Of a stretch of 64,000 nucleotides of DNA, positions 13,681 to 25,060 are shown in pieces; the stretch's first letter is position 1; every line of letters begins with the position of its first letter. The translations under genes and the position numbers were made by a program. The notes beneath the pieces are model-generated. The model searched no databases, was not told the origin of the DNA, and worked only from the letters and a program-made list of their open reading frames with translations. The DNA is from Octopus sinensis. Its lineage: Eukaryota. The stretch lies in contig NC_043011.1 in the NCBI RefSeq assembly GCF_006345805.1, positions 26,858,464 to 26,922,463 of the forward strand, written 5' to 3'.

Positions 13681-14051
13681 CATCATCATCATCATCATCA
13701 TTATCAAGTGTTTTAAATCTGAGTTTTGTCCCTGTTAACAGGGGTGGCCAGATTTACCTCAATATATTAAAAATAATCTTTTCCATTTTTTTCCCCCAAT
13801 GTTAGTTTAGTCTCCAATTCTCTTTAAAGAATTTTTTTCCAGTGTTGTGTTTTGCATTGTATTATTCTATATTTGATCTGGATTTGGTTGTTGGCTCCTC
13901 TTTCATTTCTTTTCCTTGTGGTTGTCTTGTATAAGGTGAATTAGTAGTTTATGCATAATCTTTAACTTATTTTCAAATGCTGCCAGCAATAGAAGTTATC
14001 TGTCCCTGCATAATAAATACTATGAAGATCTATTTGACTTTTAGTTTCTGT

Positions 14052-14494
14052 GGATCTTTTCGGTTTGAACAGCAGTTTTTAACATAATTTCTAGGTAACT
14101 AAAAAATTTTAAACTTCGTATACTGGTAGAATGTGTTTATAAAACATCTTTTTCCTCTTGGCTTTATTGAGAAAGTTCTATAGTTTGTAAGATATTAGTT
14201 GTTTTTTTTTATTCAATCTCTGCAATTTCAACCAATCAATGACGTGTATTGAGGTAGAAAACATTCTGTGCCATATGAATATGTCCCTCGTTTAAGAAAC
14301 AGATTGGGTTTATTTACATTTGTGAAGAAAAAAAATACCCTCCCCCCAACCCTAACCCTAACTAATCCTAACCCTAACTAACCCTAATCCTAAAACAGAT
14401 TGAAATGCAATAGATCGATACTAGGGTCATAATTATGGGTGACAATTTCATATGACACTGCTAGAAAAAACTGCCGTTCAAACCGAAAAGATCC
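14052..14494. mobile_element. MITE with GG termini, 8-bp TSD and internal (CCCTAA)n
   Basis: TIR ggatcttttcggtttgaac / gttcaaaccgaaaagatcc. TSD gtttctgt at 14044-14051 and 14495-14502. Confidence 0.85.
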
Positions 14495-15317
14495 GTTTCT
14501 GTTTTCTTCTCTGGGGAAGGAATGGATAAGTGGAAGATTCTCTTGAAATATTGAAAAATACTGATTATAACCTTTGTTAGTGTTTTTTAGTATTCAAGTT
14601 TGGTTTCAAATTAGTTTTATACTATTGTTTCTTCTACGTTGGAAAGTTTCTTCTTTCTGTCTTTTTCTTCTATGAATAATCTTTAAATGAGGTATAGGTA
14701 CAGGTATGACTGTGTGGTTTAAAAGTACACTTTCCAGCCATGTTGTTCCAGGAAAGTTTTCTTCAATAGTCTCGGGCTGTCCTAAGCCTTGTGAGTGGGT
14801 TTGGTTGACAGAACCTGAAAGATGCTCAGTCACAAAAAGAAGCATACTCTAAAGAATAGAGCAGTAATTATTAAATTTGAATTTTTGTTGTAATATATAT
14901 AAATCATCATCATCATCATTGTTTAACGTCCGCTTTCCATGCTAGCATGGGCTGGACGAATGACTGAGGGCTGGCGAACCAGATGGCTGCACCAGGCTTC
15001 AATCTTGATCTGGCAGAGTTTCTACAACTGGATGCCCTTCCTAACGCCAACCACTCTGAGAGTGTAGTAGGTGCTTTTACGTGCCAGTCAGGCGGTACTG
15101 GCAACGACCTCGCTCGAATCTTTTACACATACCACAGGCACAGGTGCCAGTAAGGTGATGCTAGTAATGATCACGCTCGAATGGTGTCTTTTACGTGCCA
15201 CCGGCACGGAGGTCAGATAGCCGCTCTGGCAACGATCACACTTGGATGGTGCTCTTTAAGGCGACATTGGTAACAATCATGCTTGAATGGTGCCTTTTAA
15301 GTGCCACTGGCACGGAA

Positions 15318-15367
<50 letters not shown>

Positions 15368-15472
15368 CAAACTAAGGAAAAAATACCTTCAAAGGGGTGT
15401 GTAAGGCATCCAATTCACTGGTACATCAGTTGAATACCACATGAATATGAGTATAATTCAAATTATAAACAA

Positions 15473-15867
15473 CTAGCAGTATCGCCCGGCGTTGCTCGGG
15501 TTTGTAAGGGAAATAATTATATAAGCATTTTTAGAGATGTAAAGTATAATAGCCATCTCAATATGGCTAACCACAAAGGGGGAGGGGTGTTACTGTAGCT
15601 TTTTACGTTCTGAGATTTAATAATAAATTTTAGAGAGTTACTTCCCTTATATATGTCAAAAATGGATTAAAAATGGGAAAAATTGATGGTAAATTTTTTT
15701 TTAAATCGTAGACTCATCGTAGACGCGCGCTAATACCCAGACGGTCTCGATATGAATCACGACTATAAGATACCCGGTTTTGGTTAAACTGCACCGCAAA
15801 ATGTGGGAGGAGTTAGGAATCTAAATCGTAGGAGACAGACACACAACCTCACTTTTATATATAAAGA
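15473..15867 (-). mobile_element. Non-autonomous Helitron
   Basis: On the minus strand it reads A^TC...cccgagcaacgccggg hairpin...CTAG^T, with no TSD. Confidence 0.85.
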
Positions 15868-15994
15868 TTTCCTCTATTTACATAATATTGAGGTCTCTTT
15901 CTTTCTTTTGTTATCTTACTGTTTTTACCAATATACATATATATATATATATAAATTGATCAAAATAAAATAAAAACATGATGCGAAGGATTCA

Positions 15995-16072
15995 GCGGTA
16001 CATATGTTTCGGGCCTTTATTAGACAGATTTATAACAATGCATAATGTATGTCTGTGGCCTTCTTCAGCCGC
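15995..16072 (-). ncRNA. Mirror copy of the hammerhead motif on the minus strand
   Basis: Identical reverse complement of 16261-16338. Confidence 0.6.
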
Positions 16073-16260
16073 GCACAACAGCTTCCACAAGGACATGTGT
16101 TACATCAAAAATTCTTGGTTGGGGATGCAAATCCTCTCATTCACGTACAACATAATGCGGCAGCAGCTGCTGCCGCATTATGTCGTACGTGAATGAGAAG
16201 ATTTGCATCCCCAACCAAGAATTTTTGATGTAACACATGTCCTTGTGGAAGCTGTTGTGC

Positions 16261-16338
16261 GCGGCTGAAGAAGGCCACAGACATACATTATGCATTGTTA
16301 TAAATCTGTCTAATAAAGGCCCGAAACATATGTACCGC
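16261..16338 (+). ncRNA. Type I hammerhead ribozyme motif (Penelope-type, palindromic stem III)
   Basis: GCGG-CUGAAGA-A-GGCC...GGCC-C-GAAA-C-AUAU-GUA-CCGC. Stem I is 4 GC pairs, stem III is the ACAUAUGU palindrome, and there is an A.C mismatch at the stem II base. Confidence 0.6.
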
Positions 16339-16546
16339 TGAATCCTTTGCATCATGTTTTTATTTTATTTTGATCAATTTACTCCACCACCTACACCACC
16401 AAACGGTATACACAGGTGCTTATAATTATCAAGTACTCACCCCGAATTTCTATATATATATATATATATAAATATATATATAGTTACAGAGATGTACTTG
16501 CATAGCAAGTGACTTGATCTGAGATCGTGTGCTGGAACGAAAACAG

Positions 16547-16804
16547 TTGCAGCGTTGAAGGTGTTTATAAGCCATTTAAGAAACACACAAAAACCGTTAG
16601 ATTCACTTCAACATTTAAATTTATTTGTCAAAATATTTTCATCGCTTTGAGACCGCGACCTGTTAGCACGATATTTTTGTCAGTGAACAGGTCGCGGTCT
16701 CAAAGCGATGAAAATATTTTGGCAAATTAAATTTAAATGTTGAAGTGAATGTAACGGTTTTTGTGTGTTTCTTAAATGGCTTACAAACACCTTCCACGCT
16801 GCAA
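16547..16804. repeat. Inverted repeat, ~118-bp arms with a 21-nt loop (16665-16685)
   Basis: ttcatcgctttgagaccgcgacctgtt / aacaggtcgcggtctcaaagcgatgaa. Flanked by (TA)n. Confidence 0.93.
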
Positions 16805-17157
16805 TATATATATACACACATATATATATATGTATGTATGTATGTGTGTATATGTGTATGCATGTATGTGTGTGTGTGTGCGTGTCTGTGCTTGTGATTG
16901 TCCTCCACCACTGCTTGACAACGAATGTTGGTTTGTTTACATCCCTGTCACCTAGTGGTTTGACAAAGGAAACAGATAGAATAAGTACAATGCTTACAAA
17001 AATAAAAGTGGAGTTGATTCATTAAACTACAATTCTTCAAGGCATTGCCCCAGCATGGCCACAGACCAATGGCTGGAAAAAGCAGAAGAATAAAAGAATA
17101 CATTCTCTGCTTTGGTCAAGGCATGAGAAAGCTTGAGTTTACATGAGAAGGCCTAAC

Positions 17158-17426
17158 AGACCTGGTAGAAACAGCAGCCAAATCTCCCTCAAATCACACC
17201 TTACTGTCTTATGTATGTATATATATATGAGCCAATGAGGGGGACCTCTACATGGTAGCTAGACCTGGTAGAAATAGCAGCCAAATTTCCCCCAAATCAC
17301 ACCTTACTGTCTTATCTATGTATATATATGTATGTATGAGCCTATGAGGGAGACCCCTACATGGCAGCTAGACATGGTAGAAATAGCAGCCAAATCTCCC
17401 TCAAATCACACCTTACTGTCTTATCT
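17158..17426 (+). repeat. ~105-bp tandem repeat, about 2.6 copies
   Basis: Units begin agacc/agacatggtagaaa at 17158, 17261 and 17370. Confidence 0.85.
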
Positions 17427-17610
17427 TTCTGCTACTTGGATATAGGTGTTATATTCGTCGTAAAAAACTTTCCTATCACACACTCACGCACACGCACACA
17501 CACACACACACACGCACCCTCACACACACACACACACACGCGCACACCCACACACACCCACTCACACACACGCACGTTAGCTTACAATTTTATTTATATA
17601 TTTGCGTGTG

Positions 17611-18265
17611 TATGTGTGGAAAGAGGAAGTGGGAAGCAGAGTGAAAGAATCACTCACTACAGTAAGTCAATTACTTTCATTTTATTCGTTGCCCACTGTG
17701 TGTGTGCGTTTGCGTGTGGTGTAAACCAGACTAAGAAAAGCATTTGACACACACACCAGAATGTGAGTTTTCTGTAAATTTTGCTTAATTGGAGTTTAAA
17801 TTTTAAAAACTGGACCTGGCATGACGCGATGCATTGTACTCTTAAAACTGCTAGGTAAATTGTAATTGAAGAAATCCTATATTGTAGATTTGTATAACTC
17901 CCAAAGGGAGGCAGATAAAATCTGCCTTTTATAATCTCTTATTATAAAAGGCAGATTTTATCTGCCTCCCTTTGGGAGTTATACAAATCTACAATATAGG
18001 ATTTCTTCAATTACAATTTACCTACCATTTTTAAGAGTACAATGCATCGCGTCATGCCAGGTCCAGTTTTTAAAATTTAAACTCCAATTAAGCAAAATTT
18101 ACAGAAAACTCACATTCTGGTGTGTGTGTCAAATGCTTTTCTTAGTCTGGTTTACACCACACGCAAACGCACACACACAGTGGGCAAGGAATAAAATGAA
18201 AGTAATTGACTTACTGTAGTGAGTGATTCTTTCACTCTGCCTCCCACTTCCTCTTTACACACATA
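17611..18265. repeat. 655-bp palindrome, 325-bp arms with 5-nt loop CTCTT (17936-17940)
   Basis: ggcagataaaatctgccttttataat-ctctt-attataaaaggcagattttatctgcc. About 5 mismatches. Confidence 0.96.
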
Positions 18266-19421
18266 GAAAAAACTTTTATTTTTTTACATAAGTAATGAGA
18301 GCGAAAGAGACTAAGAGAAAGCGATTGTATGACGAGGGAAGTTCCTTTGAAGTTACCGTGCATGGGACTCATTGATGTACATGTGTGTGTGTGTGTGTGT
18401 TTGATGGAGTGTGGGAGACAGACAGTATGTTGTGTAAGTGAAGTGCTTCTGTTAGTGTGTGTGAAGAGACAGAGAGAGTAATGTGTGAAAGAGAGAGATA
18501 ACTGAAATTTTTTACTCGGTTTATGTGTATATGTATGTATGCATGTATGTGGGTGTGTGTGTGTATATGTGTGTGTGTATGTATGTATTTATATATAAAA
18601 GAAAGGTTGTGTGTCTGTCTACTCCGATTTAGATTCCTAACTACTCCCACATTTTGCGATGCAGTTTAACCAAAACCGGGTATCTTATAGTCGTGATTCA
18701 TATCGAGCCCTTCTGGGTATTAGCGCGCGTCTACGATGAGTCTATGATTTTACAAATAATTTACCATCATTTTTTTCCATTTTAATGCATATTTTTTTAA
18801 ATAAACGGAAGTAACTCTCAAACTTCACACCAATATGCGTGCTCATATGCGACGTAATATCACATCACCAGCATTTCCTCACACCCTCCTTGCACTTGGC
18901 GAAGGCAAAATACCAGGGGATGAAATGCCATCGATTCCATTTGTACCATTGTTAAGACGCCTTCTGATCTCAGAGATGCAGTGTTCCCAGATTTACAAGC
19001 TAATTATCAGAATATGGATTGGATTGGCAAAAAGGCTATACTGGCCCCGAGGAATAAAACTGTTCACCATATTAATGATGAAATGCTAAAACTCATTCCT
19101 GGGGAAGTCGATGTATATCAGTCTATCGATACAACTCCTGACCCAGAGGACGTCATCAACTATCCAATAGAGGTACTCAATTCCTTTGAGCACCCCGGAC
19201 TACCACCACACTTTCTCAAACTTAAAGTTAGTGCCCCTATAATGCTCATCAGAAATTTGGTTCCCCCAAAACAATGCAATGGCACACGTTTGGCGTTAAG
19301 TCCTTATCTCCCACCGTAAGCTTATTTCAATATTTGCCTGAATAATCATCATAATTCAGTGCAATCATTAACAGTACTTTCAAGCAATTCAGCCCCGAGC
19401 AACGCCGGGCAATTCTGCTAG
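17935..19421 (+). mobile_element. Composite Helitron carrying a PIF1 helicase fragment, with a second Helitron 5' segment starting at ~18586
   Basis: A^TC start at 17935 resembles the 44600 Helitron start. 3' hairpin cccgagcaacgccggg at 19394-19409 and CTAG^T at 19418-19421. Segment 18590-18800 is the reverse complement of 15680-15865. Confidence 0.7.
18835..19319 (+). pseudogene. Helitron PIF1-like helicase fragment (frameshifted)
   Basis: AILAPRNKTVHHIN...YPIEVLNSFEHPGLPPHFLKLKVSAPIMLIRNL...CNGTRL is the canonical Helitron/PIF1 helicase segment. Confidence 0.9.
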
Positions 19422-19562
19422 TAAGAGATAAATTATATGGAGAGATACAATTGACAACCCAATAATTTATTTATATTATAATATACTATGAATATTATAT
19501 TAGATTCATAGTATATCATGTTATTATGTAAATAAATTATTGGCTTGTCAATTTAATTTATT

Positions 19563-19611
<49 letters not shown>

Positions 19612-20749
19612 ATTAATTGTTTATATATATTTATTGTTTATTTAATTTATTTAATTTAATTGTTTATATATATTTATTGTTTATTTAATTTATTTAATTT
19701 AATTGTTTATATATATATATAATGTGTATAACTTGGTTATGATGACAAGAGTACCAGTTGATCCAATCAACAGAATAGCCTTCTCATGAAATTAACATGC
19801 AAGTGGTTGAGCACTCTACATACATGCATACCTTTAATGTAGTTCTCAGGGCAGTTGCATGACACGGAATGGGACAAGGCTGACCTTTGAAATAAAGGTA
19901 CTACTCATTTTTGCCAGCTGAGTGGATTGGGACAATATGAAATAAAGTGCCTTGCTCAAGGACACAACGTTCACCAGGAATTGAACTCATGACTTTATGA
20001 TTGTGAGCTGAATACCTTAACCACTAAGCCATGCACTGTCACTATATATATATATATATATATAAAATTCTGGATATGACTTTAAACTGCATCTGGTATT
20101 AGAGACCTAGTTCAGTAGTCCCAGGGTTTTGAGGAACATGGAATCACCTCTTGTTCCCAGGTTTGCTCTGAGCTTGAGTAGTAGCACATGTCAGAGTCCC
20201 AGCTGTGGATAAACTAACATATCACATAAAAACACCAGGAATGAGTGACCACCAGCTTTTGTCACAACATCCTTCCAGGAGAGGAACAGTCTGTCTGATG
20301 AAAAAAACCTATGATTTCATGTGATTACTGGTCATCTCACTTTAGCTTCTCACTAGGTACTAATAGTAGAGACTTAGAGAGTGGTACTCATGTTGTACAA
20401 GCATGTATTACTATAATCTAAGTACAGATATCTCTCTATGATGACTTCATTTACCATTCCATCTACTGATAGTCCTATGGCGACGAGCACACAGAATTAC
20501 AAGCACATAGGCAGCAACAGTCTTATCCTAACATCGTTGCTGTAGCTCTTTGTGATGGGGACCAACTCCAGTGGAGATTTTTGTAACTGAACAGCCCTTT
20601 TTAAGGAGAGTGCTGCCTTCCCAAATTCCTGAAACAATGCTAGAAAAGATGCACTAAGCGTTGCAGTGGGATTAAAGTCATCTCAGAGGTCATGGCTGGA
20701 CAATGAGGAAGCACAAAGAAATGGCAACCCTCTGGGGAGATGGAACAGT

Positions 20750-20796
<47 letters not shown>

Positions 20797-21155
20797 GATT
20801 GTAGACAAAAGTCTCATTCATATGGTTACATTTGTTTCTGGGTCCCTTGTTGACTCAAGAGACAAATGATGGATGTAAGTTCTGAGTTCAATCTCCTTTA
20901 TGTATAGGAACTTACTTGTGATAGTCTAGCATTTTATACTAGAAAAGATTTGTCTCTGATCAGATTAATGCCATAATACCATCGAAATTGAGGTTGCACA
21001 TTAGCTGAGTGGATGATTGCTGTCTGTGAAGACACAGACATTACAAGCATTATTTTGATCAATCTCCAAAGAAATATTTCTGATATTTCTATATTAAGAT
21101 TTGTATTTTTTATGTTTGTTACTCTTTACTTTTAAAAAAATATTTTGTTTTCCAG

Positions 21156-21191
21156 AATGCCAGCTTTCTAGATGAAACATGGAATCTCCCT
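21156..21191 (+). CDS. RUN-PDZ protein 36-nt exon (NASFLDETWNLP)
   Basis: Acceptor ttttgttttccAG, donor CCT/GTAAGT. LDxxW follows RUN domains. Phase 0 to 0. Confidence 0.85.
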
Positions 21192-21730
21192 GTAAGTTTA
21201 AACTCTATATTCTAAAACTAATCTTTGTTTCTGTAGTATTTTTACTGAATGTTGTCAGAGGCTGAATAAAACTGGAAATTTAGATATTTACATAAGGATT
21301 GTTTATCAGAATTCAGCTGGTTGAAGGAGCAGGATTTTAATAACTAAATCATAGTCATATGAGGCACAGGAGTGACTATGTGGTAAGTAGCTTGCTTACC
21401 AACCACATGGTCCCAGGTTCAGTCCCACTGTGTGGCACCTTGGGCAAGTGTCTCCTACTATAGCCACAGGCTGCCCGTTCTTGTGACTGGATTTAGTAGA
21501 TGAAAACTGAAAGATGTTCATGTATATATACTTATATATTATTATTATTATTATCGATGACAGAGAGCTGGCAGAATTGCTAGCATGCTGGGCATAGTGC
21601 TTAGTGGTATTTCGTCCATCTTTATGTTCTGCTTATGGGAATGAAGAAGTTTGTAAGGCATTGTGTATGGCATATAGGTAGAAAGCCTTGTGAGTGGATT
21701 TGGTAGACGGAAACTGAAAGAAGCCTGTTG

Positions 21731-21769
<39 letters not shown>

Positions 21770-23582
21770 ATATGTTTGTGTGTCTGTGTTTGTCCCCCCA
21801 ACATCGTTTGACAACTGATGCTGATGTGTTTACATCCCCGTCACTTAGTGGTTCGGTAAGAGAGACCGATAGAATATGTACTAGGCTTACAAAGAATAAG
21901 TCCTGCGGTCGATTTGCTCGACTAAAGGCAGTGCTCCAGCATGGCTACAGTCAAATGCTTGAAACAAATAAAAGAATATGCAGGCATGGCTGTGTGGTTA
22001 TGAAGTTTTGGGTTCAGTCCTACTGTGTGGCACCTTTGGTAAGTGTCTTCTGCTATAGCCACAGGCTGACTGTTCTTGTGAGTGGATTTAGTAGATGAAA
22101 ACTGAAAGATGTTCAAGTGTATATACTTAGATATTATTATTATTATTATTATTGATGACAGTGAGCTGGCAAAATTGCTAGCATGCTGGGCATAGTGCTT
22201 AGTGGTATTTTGTCCATCTTTACGTTCTGCTTATGTGAAGGAAAAAGTTTGTAAGGCATTGTGTATGGTATATAGGTAGAAGATGGCATATACTGATTTT
22301 TTACATTATTAAATATGTAGCATGCACTGAGGAGTTCAAACATTTTTAGTTAGGCTGAACAGGAATGGTTGCGAGTTCAGGTTAACTGTGGTCCCAACTA
22401 GTTTATGTGCTTTCCTCAACATACAAGTAAACATTTTTTTTGTCACTCCCTCCTTTCTTGGAATTGATTATTCATGTAAATGATGATGTGGCAGTATGTA
22501 AGCCACTGTTAGTCTTTGTTGTTCCATTCATTTAGAATGGTGAAAATATTTACTACCTAAATTGATGCATTCGGAGAAGCACTCAGTATAGACTGTAAAG
22601 TGACTGGCATGAGGAAGAGCATCCAGCCACAGAAATCATGCCAATCAGACATTGGTACATAAGCCAGGCCTTGGATCCACTGGATACTGCAAGCTATCCA
22701 ATCCATGTCAGCATGAAACATGGATGTTAAATGAGGATGATCTCAATTCTTTTATGTATTAATATAAAACATTGAGGAAGTGGCAAGCTGACAGAATTGT
22801 TAAGCTACCGGGCAAAATGCTTAGTGACATTTCATCTGTCTTTACGATTTGAGATCAAATTCCATTGAGGTTGACTTTGCCTTTCAGCCTTCTGGGATCG
22901 ATAAAAGAAGTACCAGTTGAATAATTACATAAGTCGGTGTAATCAACTTATTTCTTCCCCCAAAATTACTGGCCTTGTGTCAAAATTTGAAACCGATATA
23001 AGACATTGATACATTTGTGGCCATTCAAAAATGAAACTTTTTACACCATTTTTTTCAACACTGAATTTCATTATTCACTAATCAAAGATAGAAGAAATAA
23101 AGAATGTTTGTCTGCAGTGTCACATAGACAATAAAGTTGGCAGGCTAGATGAAGCTGCAAGCCACATTTGGCCCACATGCAGTTGTAGCTTGCTGACTGC
23201 TACACAAACACACCAACATATTCTTTTCTAATTAACCTTATGGTGCAACAGCACACCAATATAGTAATGTGCTAATAATTAGTATTAGACATAATGGGCA
23301 CCAATTTGAGACAGAGGAGTGAAACAGACCACCTCTGACAGAATACAAACCGTGTATATTATCTTTTATCAGTCATTAGACTGGCCATGCTGGGGCACTT
23401 GCTTTGAAGAATTTTGAGTCAAATTAATCGACCCCAGTACTTAAATCTTTTGCTAAGCTTGATATTCTATTGGTTTCTTTTTGCTGAGCCACTAAGTTAT
23501 GGGAATGTAAACACCAATACCAGTTGTCAAGAGGTAGTGGGGGTCAAACCCAGACACAAAGACACAAACATATGTATGTGTA

Positions 23583-23628
<46 letters not shown>

Positions 23629-23884
23629 CAGATATACACAGTTTCCGTGTACCAAATCCACTCACAAGGCTTTGAACCTAGAGCCATGTGGTTAGGAAGC
23701 AAGCTTCTTACCACACAGCCGTGCCTGTGCCCATGAGTCAGCAATTAATTGATAATAGTGACTGACTTTGAAATATCCTCAAAGCAAGTGCTTGCAGCAG
23801 TCCAAATGTTTTTCTGACAGTATGAACTCCACTGAAGGTACCCAAAAGCTAGTGATGGTTTTATACTGGGCACTGGCTTAAAAG

Positions 23885-24235
23885 CTTGGTTTCAGGTTCA
23901 GTCCCACTGCATGGCACCTTGGGCAGGTGTCTTCTACTATAGCCCCAGACTGATAAATGGCTTGTGAGTGAATTTGGTAGATGGAAACCATATGGAAGCC
24001 TGTCATATGTGTGTGTGTGTGTGTGTGTGTTTGTGCCAGTGTATGTACCTACTCTAACTGCTTGACAACTAGTGTTGGTTTGTTTACATCCTTGTAACTT
24101 AGCAGTTTGTTGGCAAAAGCGAACAATAGAATAAGTGCCAGGCTTAGAAAATAAGTACTTGGGCCAGTCACTTCAACTAAAACCATTCAAGGTAGTGCCC
24201 CAGTATGGCCGCAGTCCAATGACAGAAACCAGTAT
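23885..24235 (+). mobile_element. SINE family A, diverged copy upstream of exon 24373
   Basis: ggttcagtcccactgcatggcaccttgggc...atggccgcagtccaatgacagaaac. Confidence 0.75.
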
Positions 24236-24372
24236 AAAATAGAAAAAATAATTGGATTAAAGGTCTACTATTGTATTTCTTTAAATATGATACTGAAAAA
24301 GAAAATCCTACTTCTCAGTTAAATCAATGAAGTATAAAGGTTGATGTAATCTCTGTTTTCTTGGTTTTATAG

Positions 24373-24425
24373 GTTTATAAAGAATATGAACTTGTCCCAT
24401 GTGATGATATCGGAATGACTGTGCA
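24373..24425 (+). CDS. RUN-PDZ protein exon (VYKEYELVPCDDIGMTV), PDZ beta-A and binding loop
   Basis: Acceptor ttggttttatAG, donor GCA/GTAAGT. DIGM corresponds to the GLGF loop. Confidence 0.88.
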
Positions 24426-24592
24426 GTAAGTTACTTGATTTTAGTTTCACTGATTCCAAGTCTACTTTCATCAAGTACTGTAATGGTTTGGTGTGATTCT
24501 GATTAACAGATTTATTACTGTAAGGATACGATGTGGTGGCTGTGAGTTCAGAATAGCAGATTTAGTATCTGTGAGTCATATACTCGTTACCC

Positions 24593-24807
24593 TTTTTACT
24601 CTTTTACTTGTTTCAGTCATTTGACTGTGGCCATGCTAGAGCACTGCCTTTTAGTCGAGCAAATCGACCCCAGGACTTATTCTTTGTAAGCCTAGTACTT
24701 ATTCTATCGGTCTCTTTTGCCGAACCACTAAGTTACGGGGATGTAAACACACCAGTATCAGTTGTCAAGCGATGTTGGGGTAACAAACACAGACACACAA
24801 ACATATA

Positions 24808-24890
<83 letters not shown>

Positions 24891-25060
24891 TATATACGAC
24901 AGGTTTCTTTCAGTTTCCGTCTACCAAATCCACTCACAAGACTTTGGTCAGCCCGAAGCTATAGTAGAAGACACTTGCCCAAGGTGCCACGCAGTGGGAC
25001 TGAATCCAGAACCATGTGGTTGGTAAGCAAGCTACTTACCACATAGCCACTCCTATGCCT
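24593..25060 (-). mobile_element. SINE family A, full-length antisense copy
   Basis: Reverse complement of the 46863 copy, with an expanded (TA)n. Confidence 0.88.

Larger units (their letters stand above)
15953..16380. repeat. 428-bp near-perfect palindrome (no loop, ~3 mismatches)
   Basis: Centre cagcag|ctgctg at 16166/16167. It produces the mirror ORFs 15978-16196(+) and 16137-16355(-). Confidence 0.97.

Noticed and set aside
14345-14395. Telomere-like CCCTAA repeats
   Set aside because: They are internal to a TSD-bounded MITE, not a chromosome end.
15978-16355. Two near-identical 72-aa ORFs on opposite strands
   Set aside because: This is a consequence of the palindrome, not a duplicated gene.
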